Of a DNA stretch of 64,000 nt, positions 25,701 to 40,700 are shown in pieces. Every line of letters begins with the position of its first letter. The stretch's first letter is position 1. The position numbers and the translations under genes were made by a program. Source of the stretch: Balanoglossus misakiensis (lineage: Eukaryota; Animalia; Hemichordata); assembly GCA_040954595.2 (NCBI GenBank), contig CM082580.2, positions 12,724,909-12,788,908 on the forward strand, in the 5' to 3' direction. Under the pieces are notes generated by a model that was not told where the DNA came from, made no database searches, and saw only the letters and a list, made by a program, of their open reading frames with translations.

Positions 25701-28700
25701 AAGAAATTGTCACCTCCTCGGGCTTTTCTACTTCTTTGCGTCTCTGCGGATCCTTGATTTGCCAAGTTGTTAATAGCAACACGTCGATCAGCAGTAAAAT
25801 GCCCACTATTGCAAATAGTTTATGGTCCCGGATGACCTGAAAGTTAATTGTAAACGTCATATGTCAAGCGTGAAAGATTGCTGTTTCAGCTGACCGGTTT
25901 AAATCACCCACGGCCAAACCAATGAACTGAGAACCATAAAATTGAACGTCCCTCATATCATTTTAGTACTATACACGGCACACATTCGTGTCAGATGCCG
26001 CCAGTCGTCTCAATCGGCCCAAACCAAATATTCTGAACGAAATGTCTTGTTTTAAAACCACGAAACGACCCACTATTGAAATACCACAGGGTATATTTGA
26101 TGACTCCATCGCATTATAACGTGTAACTTACGGCAGTTAACATTATGCAATATTTTTGCACGTTAAATGACGCAGATTACATCGTATAACACTATAGCAT
26201 ATATCCCGCAGTGCATTTCTAATTATCATACTTTCGCCCATAACTTGACTAGCATCAAAACTGCCGTGGTCTCTTAAGGCTAATAGCACCCACTTAATAA
26301 CCCTGAGAGAGATTGTGAGTTTTCTTCACACCATTTTACAAACGGTGATGATAATCTACCATGACATTGAAACGAAACCCTATGAAGATCGTGAAATAGC
26401 TTGGTGCCATTAGTTTTAATACACGCGCTACAACAAGGCTACGTGTTAATACAATAATTGGCATGTATTAATATTATCGAGCGATAGCATGCAAGGTCGA
26501 AGGCTAGCATTGATCATATTAGTTGACTAAATTTGTGATTTTGAGTAAATAAATGATACTAGTATTGATAAATGACACAGTCCCCATCGGATCCAATGTT
26601 CCGGCAACTGTAAAAGTTTCAAATAACAATATAGGTTATAATAATGCAACAGTACAAAATGAAATTTAAACATGGCACTTACCCGTTTCTTCATTTTGAT
26701 ATTTGTGAATATACTGTGTACACGCCATGTTTTACTGAACATCGCTCCAAAGGCAACCGTGAATCCAATGGTCAAAGCCCACGCACGCAGCTACAATAAA
26801 ACACAGTGGAGAGAGTCACGTCCGTGGTACCGGCATTGCCAAGGAAGTTTGTTACCGATCATGAAAAGCCAAAACATTAATCGGAAAGACCTGGCTAGAT
26901 TGAAACAATTTATCCTTTTATTTGACGGTCAAAACGGTGTAAAATTATGGTATAGGGTCTCATTGTGGATTAATTACCAGGTACCTGATCGCTCGTAAAG
27001 TTTTCGTGTAATGAAGACTGTGGGGTCGCACGTTTATGAGCAGTTGAACCACCCAGATATGCACCAACAGATTCGTTCGAAAGTAAGAAATACTCGCCAG
27101 TAGCTTTTGTCATGTTGCCGGTTAAAGAGTAATGGGCCAGTGAATTGTCAAAAATTTAGGGTCAGTACGGGAAATAAAAAAAGAAGATAATTTGATTTGA
27201 AATTGACTTAGCGCTACTATGCGTGTAATTAAATTATACTGCCGTGTTCGTCGAAATTGAACGTGTAGGTCTGTGACATTTCCCGCCACGCGATCAAACG
27301 TTACAATGGTGTCCAACGTTTCTAATTGAAAAGATATTAAACGCGTCAATTGACACTGGAACGATCGAACTTTCTGTCACGGCATTTTTCAATGTCAACG
27401 TCAAGTTATATCACCCTGACTTCCTGTCACCGATAATGTAAATTTTACTGTATTTAAAAGAAAACGTTCTGGAAGTCTGAATGTCACTCATTTAAAGTGA
27501 CAGACCAAAAACAGTGGCAACGCACTATAATGTAGCAGTTGTAAAACTTGGAAGGTAAACCGTTGATTTACGTAAACTGTTAGTCGCCAGGGGTGTAATC
27601 TTTCTTGGTCGTAACTCGGTGCCCTTGGAAGGTGATTTATCTTATGCTATCATATTGATCTTCGTAATAGTTAATAAATTTGAAATAAAGCCTCTTTTAC
27701 AGTTTACCTTGGCGTCCATTTACTCGGAAGGTTCGCCAGCGCCCCCTGTAGGTAATAAGTTTGTAGTCAATTTGCTCAACTCCGCCATTTTAGACTACTG
27801 GTAGCTCTATCCCCAAAATATATATCTGGGTTCATTGCTTTTTTATCAGTATGTAGATAACATATATCAGTATGGCGATTTTCCTTCCTGTTTTCCTGCT
27901 TGTTTTGGCACCCGATACAACAAATTATGCATAATTTTGTAAATATACTACAGTGAAAAGAAAATAGTACCAGGCCCGCCTCGGCTGTCTATACACTTCA
28001 TCTTTCCCCAATGTAGAAGTACAGAGCAGCGTTTCTGTCATTGTGATCCCACAGATGTTTGACCAATGGGGGCAGTCAACACCAGTGGATTTGTTTGGTA
28101 GATGCACTGCACTGACAGACACGCTGGTTTCATCCTCCCATGATATAAGATAGGCCACTAACAGCCGGGTACCGTTGACTGACGTGTGTGCCACGGCAAA
28201 CATAATTTCTGTCACCGCTGAAACACGGATGTACAGCCACGGTGGAGGCTTAAACATATCACCAACGTGTTTGTTTTGGTGTGCTGAATGACGGACATGG
28301 ACAGTTGAGGCGTATTGGTCCACACTCCGATGATTCCCATGATCTGAGTAGCCATTAGGAGCACTGTTGGGGATGTTGTTGATTGACATGTCGTAACACT
28401 AGCCATGCAACCACCATTGATCTCAGAGAAGACGATAATATTATGGGATTGGGTATTCGTGTACTTACTGCGCAGATCAGTTGGAATGTGTATTCTGAGA
28501 ACTGGGGTCCGTCCAGTCCGAGAAAATAGACATAACAGTAGCAAAGTATCCCGCCAAAAATGATTAGGTTATTCAAGTACGGGCTGGACATTTTGATGAA
28601 CCTGTATAAGACAGTGGGTGAAATGTATTACCCATTCAAATAAATACATTAAAGCCAAAATAAAAGAAGAATGCTTGGTTCATATTGAATACATATCCAG

Positions 28701-31700
28701 GCACTAGCATCGCGTTAACATTGTGCGGTAGACAGGTAATTAGCGATGATTCAATATTTGCTCAGCTGCGAATGATAACAACTGCGTGGGAGGATTCCTA
28801 CCTGTGCTTGCGGAACCTCATGTTGAAGAAGAGAAAGAGCAAGGCCAGCATGATGCCAAGGTAACTCAAACATCCCATGATGACGTAGAGGATGAATGAC
28901 ACGCCGTGGGGGATCCGGTGGACGATTCGCTCATCTAGCGGTGGCGAGCCATCTATTCAGCCAGATTAAAAAGACAGAAGTAATGCATTCCTTTCAGACA
29001 GACATGGCAGAGATGAAAAAGGCGACTGAGATGGAGATAGAGACATCTTATATCAGGAACCACGTGACGTATAACCAATTTCCAAAGACTCTTAAGCTAC
29101 GACGTCACACTGTGACACAAACAAACATCTAAAATACTTACCAACCCAATATATGTCGTCCTCATCAAGATAAGTAGTGTCAATGTAAGCGTGATATTCC
29201 CCAATTTTGATGTGCCCTCCATCTAGCAAAACAAAGGTGAAAAAGCACAGCAAATTTTGCTCAAGTTTAAAGTTCATGCGAAACGTTTATCAGATCAGCC
29301 TGAGTTAGCATGGTAATAGAATCCATGCCCAGCAATAGCTTTTTCAACTTCTGTCCGTTTGTGACAGCATTAAACGTGGAACGAAATGTGAGACACGCCG
29401 ACCTCCTTAAACGCTTGTGTTGCATGAAATACGACAACCCAGGAAAGTGTGTTCGAATCTTTCTGTTGTATGTCAGACTGAAATTAAAGTGACTCTTAGC
29501 TTTCAGCGCAAAAGCGATCTGTTTTGTGTCAAGCAAGACCATGCCCAGTCACGAAACGACCTTCAGTTGTTGTAAAGTTTATTTGTAATTCACGGTCTGC
29601 ATTGATTCTTGATTTCTTTCTGTGGACACGTTTACTTTGCATGACATCCAATCAGAGGCGACATGATGAACAAGAACAGATCCTACCTTGAAATTGCTCG
29701 TACATTATCGTCCCCAATCTGTCACCATCTCTGAACCTGACGGGACCCTAGCAAAAAAAAAGTCCACAACCAATCATTTAAGTGAAATGCTCATCAACCG
29801 CGTCCCCCCGAACGGAAATTATCCCAGGTTTGGCGTATTTTATTGATTTTGAACGCAGAAGTGTCTACTGTGACGAGTAAAGTCATTGATGAAATGATAG
29901 CAGTAACGCCAATGATTGATTGATTAAATGAGAAATGGTAAGACACCATGAAGACGTGTCCCGTAAGCTTATAATAGTTTTTGGTGATTTATTGCCATTT
30001 TCACTTAGAGGTAAAATTCTGCTCCGTAATCAAATACGTCTGGATGCTGAGAGATGTCAACGCTCCTCAATTTGACCGTCGGGCTGTTCTCTTCAGAATG
30101 ATGGAGCAAGGTGATGATTGCTTAGCTACGGCCGAACAGGGAACGTTAAACACATTGAAATCGAATCGTTCGGCTCAATTCCAAACAACAAATTGCAGAC
30201 AAACAAGAATATTGCCATGGTTTCTCTGTGCCCCTTTGCCTGTTTTCTCGCTTACCGTCACACCGACGAAATCTGTCTCGTTCATGGCTTCCATGATCAT
30301 TCTGAACACGTTCTCATTTGCATAGTCAAATTCAACCAGGGCGGAATTATTGCTCCCTAGTTGTCTGAGAACTGTGTCCAAAGCAAGCGCCAGAGCCCAC
30401 ACGCCGTCATACGCGTAACCGTGAAGAGTGGTGTGGTTACCTCCTCGCACCTGCTTGTATTCATCCGCGTACTGGGAAGCTGTCTGTAGAACAAACCGGC
30501 AAATATGCATATACATGCACACAGTTATAAAGTGCCCAGTGAAGTATGAAAGGGGCAGTACAACATGTACATTATGTATTTATATGGCACTTCACTTTTA
30601 TTGACTCTCAAAAATTGTTTTCCTTTGTTATGCAAATGTACACTGCCTGGTTCATTTCTAGCTTTCAAAAGAAAACTTCTAAATTAATTGAAACCCTCGA
30701 AACGACTATGAAAAAAACATTAATCGTGATGTGCTCTGAATGGCAATAATCCGAGTGCCGAATAAAAGGCCCGATGATTAATTTAGATAGTTGCATAGCT
30801 AGCATGATTTATCACGTATAAAACCGTTATGAGAACTGTCTTCAGTTTGTACTATTACTGAGGTGATACGTAGGGATCTTTCAGTTATTACTAAGGGTGG
30901 GCCGGAGGAATTACAGCATGTCACCTTTTACGTGCCAGTGGGCGACAGAACCCCCCTCCCATTAATTCCAACCCCTCCCGTAAGATAACTGAACGCTCCC
31001 TTACCAAACCTGACACCGTTGCTTCGTCACTTGTGCTCAGAGGCAGGATATCCGTTGTGAAGTAGCCCTGCATCGCTGCTAGAATTTCATCCATGCTGCA
31101 TGCGCTGGGAATATCGGTGATATTCCACCAGTTGTCAGAATAACCCCCCGGAAGTATCCACACGTATTTATCGCCAACCACGCCTTTTCGATGAGCCTGG
31201 TTGTAAGGTGATAGTCAACGCGTCACGTCAATAGTTGTAAGATGCTTTGCAGAAATTAATATCATCTTATCAGCTTGTCTTGGGGAAAAATACATGTAGA
31301 TTGAAACTGATGCTAAGTTCAGACCTGGTTAAACTGAAAACGCCCACATAACTGATGCACAATAATCCCTGAACAATACATCCTGCTGACAATCCTTCGT
31401 ATCAGTTTACTGGATTCAATGCCCTGGGTGTGAAATTCTAGATTTTGAGCTGTTCACAGCTAGTAAGCAGTGTAGAATGAGACTGCCAAAATAATGAACA
31501 AACATGCAATGTTAGGTAGAATGCCAGTTGTATGAAATGAGGGAAAAACTCTTTAGATACACCTACCCAGCAAAAGACGCTTGGTGCCGTCGTTCCCTCG
31601 AAGTAGCCGATTATTATTCTTGCGCCAGAATCCTGGTTCGAAAAAAAGATAAAAAGAAGACTTTTGAAGTCGTACATTTACCGTGAGTCTACGCAAGCTC

Positions 31701-34700
31701 TAAAGAAATGCGTGTCGTGCATGACTTACAAATACCGGCTTTAAATAAATAAACCCGTTACTGTGAAACAAATCCCGCTTATTACCGTACACTACACCAT
31801 AACGAGTCTGAGACCGACCCATTACAATGTCTTGGCCATCTCGTGTGTCAAATTGGATTTTTTAATACATCGAACATCAGTCAACTGTACAACAGTACTC
31901 CAACGGTAAAGAGCATGCACTTTGCAAAGGAAATGAGATTGTCTGACTCTTGAACACGTCTTTCGACACGAGTACTTCGCGGCGACGAGATTTGATGGCT
32001 GCCGCGAAACAACCAGCGTACATTGCCCCCACACTTGACGATGGCGGAATCAGCTCTTGAAACAAGCCCCGCACATTTCGCGCACTTCACGATAAGGAGT
32101 TTGGCTTACGGCAGTCGAATTCTGTTTTATAACCGTGCACTTCATCTAAATGTATTAACCGCACTCAGATGAATCTCATTTATTGTAGTGTACTTCAATG
32201 TAAACGAGATTATCTCAGCGCCCTTAAATAAGACCAGTTTATTGCCTGGCACTTAACAGAATTAGACCGCTTATCCACGTCCTTTAATATTTGCACTTCG
32301 GTTGTGAAAGACCTATTGTAATTTTATAAAATTTTCTAATTTTCCATGGCTCTTTAATAATTTATATATAACACAGGACCACTTACATGTTGATTGTATT
32401 TATGTCAGCAATGATATAAAAGTTGGCACGTATGGCAAAACAACTCCTTGTAGTGTGGCCCACTTTTATTGCATACATCAAATATGGCGCCCAAGATTCC
32501 CTCTTTTATCGACACGGAACTACACAATCATTAATTCCAAACAGGACTCGTTTTTTCGCGGCACTTCACTGTCTCCGGTTTCAATTACAATACTGAAATA
32601 ATTATGACTGCGTTCTTGTTTAATTTAATGCAGCCAGATCTCATCTACAGCAATAACGGTTTTAATGGAGTCTCTTAATCTGCCTACCCCTGTACAGGCC
32701 GAGGAAATCATTTATCTGTAATAGTTAACCCTTGATGACCTCAGCAACCCCAGATGCTCTTGTTTATAGGCGTCGTTTGGCGAGCAGATATGGTCGCCTG
32801 CACTCGAGTTCCACCGATTTATGGCCGACATATACCTTTATTGGCGAAAACTCACGGAAAAACGTTTTATCATTAAATCGTAACGACAACACAAAATTAT
32901 TCTTTCGAGGACCGTAATACCTTTATGGCTTGGACTGCATTCTCAGGATCCTCAGCAAAACTTGCAACTTTGATGAGATCCTTGCCACTTGTCTCCAAGA
33001 GACTTGACATTTTATTGTGAGCCTGTCGGGGTGATTGAAAAGCAAATGGGTCAGTCTAGATAGTAACATGCCCGAACGTTGAAAATTCTGCGTGCAGTTA
33101 CGACACCACACCACACAACATCACACAAAACATGGACCACTTCGCGGATAGAATAACGCAGGGTGTTGTGGGACAGTTTGCGTTCTGAGCGCGTGCGTTG
33201 GCCATGTACTAGACGTTATGTTGAGCGCAAATTATACCATCATGCATTGCAGCGAAGAGGTCTATGGCGTATGTGCGTAAATGACTGCTACTCACAATGG
33301 AAAACCTGGGAGTGTCTTGATGGATTGTGGCAACACGAGTCCAGTTGAAATGATCGAGTAACTTCAACTTAGCAGGGTTGAAATCGGCTTCAGAGGGAAC
33401 CGTGCGGAAAAACGTGGGGTATTTCTCCCGCTCTGATAAAAACGGCTCGGTGTTGGCATAGGACATCTGCGGAGAGTGAATAAAAACCGACCCTAATCTT
33501 TTTATTTCAGTAATCAAGGAGTGTTGCAGTGGTGAGTCCGGACAAAAGTATTCACAATGGCAACTGAAATAAAAACTACTGAGTAAAAGACAACGTGCAT
33601 GTGCAGGACGTTTACAAGAACGGTCAAATTGTTTTTATCTTCCACGCGTCTTCCATTTTCTTGATTAACTGCAGTAATTTATCATCACTTTTATCACGTG
33701 CAATTGGCTGTTATCCGCAGTGGTAATAGGCTCCCCTGGTACTCCTCACTTCTCCCCAGCATACCAATACTTCCGTTTGTTTTTCACTGGATGGAACATA
33801 AGACGACCATCACGTACCTGTATCAATTTCCATGACATCACGGCTTCGGCGAGGGGAGCAGTGACATTGGAACAAATACCCCCAAACAACATAAGCTTAG
33901 GAGGTCCTTGATCAATAGCTTCGAAGAAAGCTTTAGTGCCCTCTGCCATTTCACACTGTATAAAGGAAAAAAAGAACATTAATTCACAAAAATGACGCAT
34001 GGCGAGAGAGAGTTCACACCGGATTGTCTTTGTGCATAAACTTTTCATGATACCTACCATGATCCGTCGCTCTATGTGGTGAACTTGAAGTACACGGTCA
34101 TGAAAGCAACTCTACCGTGGACGATATCTACAAGGGTGTGTAGGTTTCAAACCTACACACCCTTGTAGATGTCTGAGACGCACGAGAAACGTATAGTTCA
34201 AAAAGCACGTTTATTGCAGCGCCAGTACTGTAGGCGATGTTAACTACACAACCGCTAGAACCCAACTGCCTGGGAAAATTCCAAAAAGTTACAAATTCAA
34301 CACAAGGCGAACGTAATAACAAGCACAAATTGCTACATTTTAGAGGGCGAACGGAAATGTGATTGGGCAAAGTAAAGGAAGTGCCCGATTGGTCGAAAGT
34401 GATCTCCATCAGGATCCTGGCGATGCAAGGTTTTGTGTAATAGTAGTTCAAATAACAGTTATTTGTTCTCCGACTCAGAGGATGCTACTAGCCGAAAAAT
34501 TCCTGCTCACATCGGTTTATTCTGCAAGTTGGTTTTAATTTGCTTAATGCAAGTTTAGTCTGTCTAGACACTTGAAAGTGTGGAGACGACTCGGAATGAA
34601 CGATATGTGGACAAGCCTGGCCTCTTAACATTGCATCTACAGTGAATGAAGAAAAAACTCAACAGAGACAAAAATACTCTTGATGGTTTATGAATTCCCG

Positions 34701-37700
34701 ATTCACGCTGGATCTATTTTCAAGTCTATCGCACTCACTGACCATTTCCATGAGGACAGCTTTACGAGACGAGATATTTACAAGGGCATTAAAAATGTCA
34801 CGTTTTCCTCGAAGTTTGTGTTTGAGTTTTCTCTAAAATATCCAGTTCTTACCTGGTTTACACTTTCAGTAAAGAAGAAACGATAGGGCAAATTAAAAAT
34901 ATGACAATCTCCAGGTATAAGTGCTGGATAAGCTGGGAATCCCAGGGGCCAGGGGTTAATCCACTTTGGCTATTTTCCAGTTTGTACAATTACAGGGAAC
35001 GACACGGTATAGTTTGTCTCTTACCGTGTATAAACTGAATATGCAAGATTGGCAAACTATCACGTAGTCTGTGAACGGTGATGTAAAAAAAAGCTTTTAA
35101 GACACTTAAGGAAACACAGTAACACAAGACGACATTTTCAAAAAAGGTTTTCACTTTCACAAATTTACCACAATTCGCTGGTGTCGGAACACTGATACGA
35201 GACTGCCATTTCTTATGTGTTAGTTTTTTTTTTCTAAATCGATCTCAGCCATTTGGCTGATTTCTCAGGACTTAAATGAAGACATCTGAAGCGATGTATA
35301 TCGTGCGCTTTAGGGACTGCTGAAACCAAGGCAACGCACACGTCACAGCACGTCACACTCCTCTCTTCAGAATCCATACCAAATAGATCGCAGCTCGTAT
35401 TGACTTTCAGTCGGTTTGACTGCATTTGTGCTAATAACATTTACAGGACAATATAAACATTAAAAAATGACTTTGAAGTACTGGAGTGTGCGGATGCACG
35501 TGATAAAAATAATGAAGTAACAACGACTATGTGATAAGAAGTCAACATTCAATCGTCAATACATTTTGATTTGATGATTCTTGCAAGACAAAATATGGAT
35601 GATCAGACATATTGGCGGTAAGATCAGAGGTCGGAGAAACGGGGCAAGCGGAACCCGTCTGACCCAACTGTTAGATTAGGTCAATTGATTACTGTCACAG
35701 ATCACATCAAGGGAATCCGGAAAGGGAAAGAATCTAACGCGATTGATTCAATCTTAATTTTAAGTATGTTCATTTGGCGCCAGTTCTACTTCAATCAACT
35801 GTTTTCAGTTTGACTTTTTGATGAGCGTTCTTGCACTATAATAACACCCGCAGGAAAAGATCGCAACTGGCCTTTGTTTCGCGTGCAAAAGGCTAATGGG
35901 TTTTTGCTTCATATTATGAACGCATTTTCAATCATATTAACATTAAAGTGATATTGAACAACGGGTTCAACTATCGTGATATGTCCTGTGTATGACGTGA
36001 TGCACAAACGGTTTGGGGGAATGTTTATTTTGCCTGTAAATTCTCTTTTTAATTCTTGGGACAACTTTAACTATTTAAGTACATGGAAATCAAGAGTACA
36101 TGCGCATCATAGCCACATAATCAAAATATAAATTATTGATCGGTGTTCCGCCCATTCTCATTATACCTCCAGAGATAGATTGCATAGGCGTTGGGCACGG
36201 TTTTATTTTATGGGGTAATTACACTTGCAAAATGAACGAAAGCGGCCGAATTCAAGGAATATTAAGAATTCCAAATTGCCCGAGGATCATGAAAATTGAG
36301 CAGTACTGCGTAGATGGCCCACACATAAATAACAAGTTGTGAAACATGACATACTATAAATCGTCCACAAAATCCGAAGTTGTATTGGGATGAAGGTCAA
36401 ATTGCTGCATCATAGCTCGTCCGTTTTCCAGTGTATTTGAGGAATTGCAAGCAGAAATCAAGGTTCGGATTAATTTTCCATTTGGCTATGATTATTTTTA
36501 CGAGTACTTCGTCGATCACGTGGGTATACCGAAGATCATTTCTGACGCGCAATAAACTGATTTAATCCCCGGTCCCTAAATTGGTCCACGTAAGAATTCT
36601 GAAGTTGGTCCACCCATTAACGCTCTCAGTATTCATCACAGGCAAATGACTGTCTCTGTGGATGGCTTTCTAAGGCGTCACCCTCGGTAATTAGATAATG
36701 GTAGCCATAAAATATCAAAACACATGTATGTCAAGGTCTCGAGAAATGGGAATGATAAATATGGATTCATGAACGCATTTCTGCGACTTGGCGAAGTAAT
36801 CAGTTTTCAATTTGCATCGACAAAGCACGTCGCTGAATGACCTGTCAACATGCATATTTCATCATATATATATAACTTTAAAAAGTCATCGTCATCGTGC
36901 AGGTTGTTGCATAATGATATATGTTACAAGTAATAGGAGCATATTCCCATGCGGTCCGGCTTTCTACACACCTCTTTCTGAACAACACTGACCTCGGACT
37001 AATGGCAGCGAATTCAGCGTCCAATCCTCGGACGCAGGGACTCAGTGACAGAACATAATTTTTCTCGTCCATTCGGTTTAATTTATTGCAGCGCCTACGC
37101 TAAGAGGACACCTGAGCGCTGTGTGTCAAAAGAACAAGGTGATGAATTCAATACATATTCATAGTTTCTTTTGTCGCATTGCGTTTTTTGACCCGGCGTG
37201 TGCGGTCAGTGCGCAGGCATCCACGTGATTTGTTTTTTTCCCAAAGGAATTTGGAAGTCCACGTGTATGCGACCCGGCCCCGTTTCTTTTACCCAAGCAA
37301 TTGCTGAGAGGAAGGTGGATACGACGCCCAAGTAAGTTCTGGACATGTCAATGCGATAGTGAGAGATGGTAGTGGGAGTTTTTGATGTTAGCTGCCGTCG
37401 TTGGTCAATACCGTTTCCCATTGAACCGGTTGTTCGGGAACTCCCTGTTGAGTCGGGGCTTCTCGTGTCTGTTGGTGGCAAGCACATTTTCCCCACACCG
37501 TGACATTGCCGAACAGAACGATGTGGAGGCTTTCGCATTGTATTTTTTTGTAGTGGCTTTTTAGGCACTTCTAATCCCACAGTTGTATAAATCAATCATT
37601 CGGTGTGATAAAATTGAAAGAAAACACCTACACACAGTACTGTATCGTTTTCGATTAAACGCGTTGACTCGATTCACCTGTAAGCTACACCCAACCCGAA

Positions 37701-40700
37701 TGCAAACTTGCGTGCATGTAATAATGCGTATACCTGCCTATAGCGGTGTGTAAATATTCACCACCGCACAATAACGCTCACCTCTGAACCGCTCCGATAT
37801 TGATTGAATCTTTGCGAGTCTCTATATTGCTTATCTTCTCACTTTGCTTGGGTGTCATTACAATAATTGGGTTTACAACTGATCCATGATTCTCCCGCTG
37901 AAGAAATAAATTGAATTTACAACTTCTACCTTGACAGTTTATATTGCGGAAAATTCATGCCGCGACAACCGCCGGCTTCTCAACAGACTCGTTTCATTTC
38001 ACCGATGTAAATGAGGTTATTGGGCTCTATAAAAACTCGCGAAGATTAGCGTAGAAAAAAGAAAACCGTGTTTATTGTCGAGTTTTTCCGTTCTCCCCGA
38101 AGGTACATGTTTGAGCAAGTAATCATTTGCGGTATACACGTAACGTACAGGTGCATGCTTTGTTACTGGAATTGTTAGGGAAGGGCGAAGAGTTTAACGC
38201 GCGTGTCGATTAACAGTGGCAGTGCCAGCATAACACACACGCCCTGCTAATTGAGAGATTCCGTGCCGTGCTTTCTGTTGATTGTTCAAATCCTTAAAAT
38301 TCAAACGAGACTCGAAGCACACCACATAGTTAATTGGGACATATTTGAACATTCCTTCAGGAATGCGAAACGATATACAGCCAGAAAACTACGATTGAAA
38401 CGCCTTACACGGTCCTGATCGATATGAACATGCCTTCCAAAGAGACGACACTGTTCCAAGCATTAAATGATGCTTATAAGGGCCGATTTCTTCGTTTACA
38501 TTCATCCAAGCGACCCTCATTTTGGTTTTCACACTGAAAGTCACACCAAAGTTGAAAGAAAAACTATTAAACGTCCCCATGGTAATTACTAAACCTTAAT
38601 CACGCGGTCTGGCATACGAGACTTCCTAGACCATTAATTATTAATGCAAATTGTATATTATACGTGTGCTCAGGGATCCGTCATGATTATTTGATAATCA
38701 AACAGTATATCACATACAAATATTGGCATTTTCTTTTTTCGAAAATACGACTCTTTGAGCGAAATTCGTGCTTTAATTATTCAATATGAAAAGGAGACTA
38801 CACAAACATTGTCGACCGAATGAATAACTCATAAGTTACTTTTAATCCGCTAAAGCATGTTGGATTTTTGCCAAGTCATACGACGCTCGCTCAAGGGGAG
38901 TTCGTTCATTCGAATCGGTGCCACGTTCATCCAACTTCTCCAACATATGCTTATGGCACAAACATCTGCCAGTAAACCACTCATTGGTATATTGTTGATT
39001 GTGTTTTACAGGTTTTGAAATACATCTCCTTATAAGTTTCTTATAAGTTCCTTATAAGTTTCTTATTTCTTATAGGCCCAAAGTTTTGCCAAGAACTAAA
39101 AACCGGCGGAGATCACTAACAAATATTCAGGAACATTTCTGTTTGGTTTGTGTGGGAATCATGGCTCCAGACAAGTTGATGAGTTAAATTTCAGACATTC
39201 CTGCAAGCGCGCCAACCCAGTGAACGACAGGAGGATATATAGCGATCAAGGAGAGTATGTTCGTTTGTTTATTTGCCTTTGCGCTAACAAGACTTTGCAT
39301 CGGTGGTGGGTTGATCCAGTGATGACCGCACTGCAGCAGACAACGTACGGCTATGAAAGAAATTTACGCGATGTACAATTTGGAGGTATTTGTGGCATGC
39401 CCCCCCCCCCTATACGATCCCAGCGTGTTAAAGCCCCATGAGCTGCAAATTTTAGCAAATTTATAACGATAAATTGTTTTAATCCTAAACTTGTCCTTAG
39501 TCGACGGACGACACCATTAATTTGCGGAGATGCTAATATGCATAACACTATAGTTGGGTACAACGGTACACTTGATTGCAATCCTCGGCGGTACTTGTAA
39601 ACAGTTCCCAGCACGACCTTGCACGTGTGACGTGATTTAAGACACTTGGCGGTCGACGTCCTGCGCTTGACCTTACTAATTTACACATCTAGGAAATGTG
39701 TTTTCCTTGTCGAGTGAGAGAGTCCCCGGACATAGTCAAATTGTGGCCCATTTGTGGTGCCATTTCAGTTCTATTGAAAGTGAAAGGTAAAGCGAGAGGA
39801 GAGCGCGAGAGTTCAAGTTTCTCCTGACAGAAATGACGGTTTATCTCACATCTTACCGAAGACAAACTCATGAAATTATCAACAACAAAAGAAAACATCC
39901 TTTCACATTGCCGGGCACTGCAGACCCACCGAACTGGCCAATTAAATTCCACTGAAAATCCAGACTAACCCACGACAAAGGCCCATTTGCCGCTTCAATA
40001 ATGGAATCGCCTATAGCTGATAAAGGGTCGGCGATCGTTGCCTAGAGACCCGATGTCGTTTTGTATGCCGTAAAAGCGTCGATGCCACCGATAACCCTGG
40101 CGATTTCTTTGCTCGATAATGACGAATCAGATTTTTCACTTTTCGTCCTTGGCGAATATTATGTCTATTAATTAAGACTTAATCCAATCGGCAGGTCTTG
40201 CATAGCCATACGGTGGCCATGGCAACGCTTTGTACGCGCGGAGATCGTGCCCTACAGAGGGTGAGAAAAGAAACTTATTCTCTGCCGATTTCTCCACAAG
40301 TGAACATATGCGCGTTAGTTCATTCTTTTCATGTAATTGTTCCATATTGTTAAACTGAAACGAAAGACACGGTAGACATACTGTCTTTCGAATCGAAATA
40401 GTTACGGGGGAAAAAGAACTTGCTCTACAGAAAAATCCCCTCCCCAAACCTTGAAGCTTGCGACTAATATTCTAACTCTAGTACTTTATCCTTACGCCTT
40501 ATACAAGGCAAAACAAATTTGTAGGCTCGCTGAATGTATGTGCCCACTGTACAATACAAGCACGCATAGTATTAGTACACGATTACCATCATGTCGTATA
40601 AATATATAGGTACTTTGCGACCTGACTTTGTATCATAAATAATAGATTGTTCCACACAAGAGTGAATACCTATACGTACATGTGACACACAAAGCGACTT

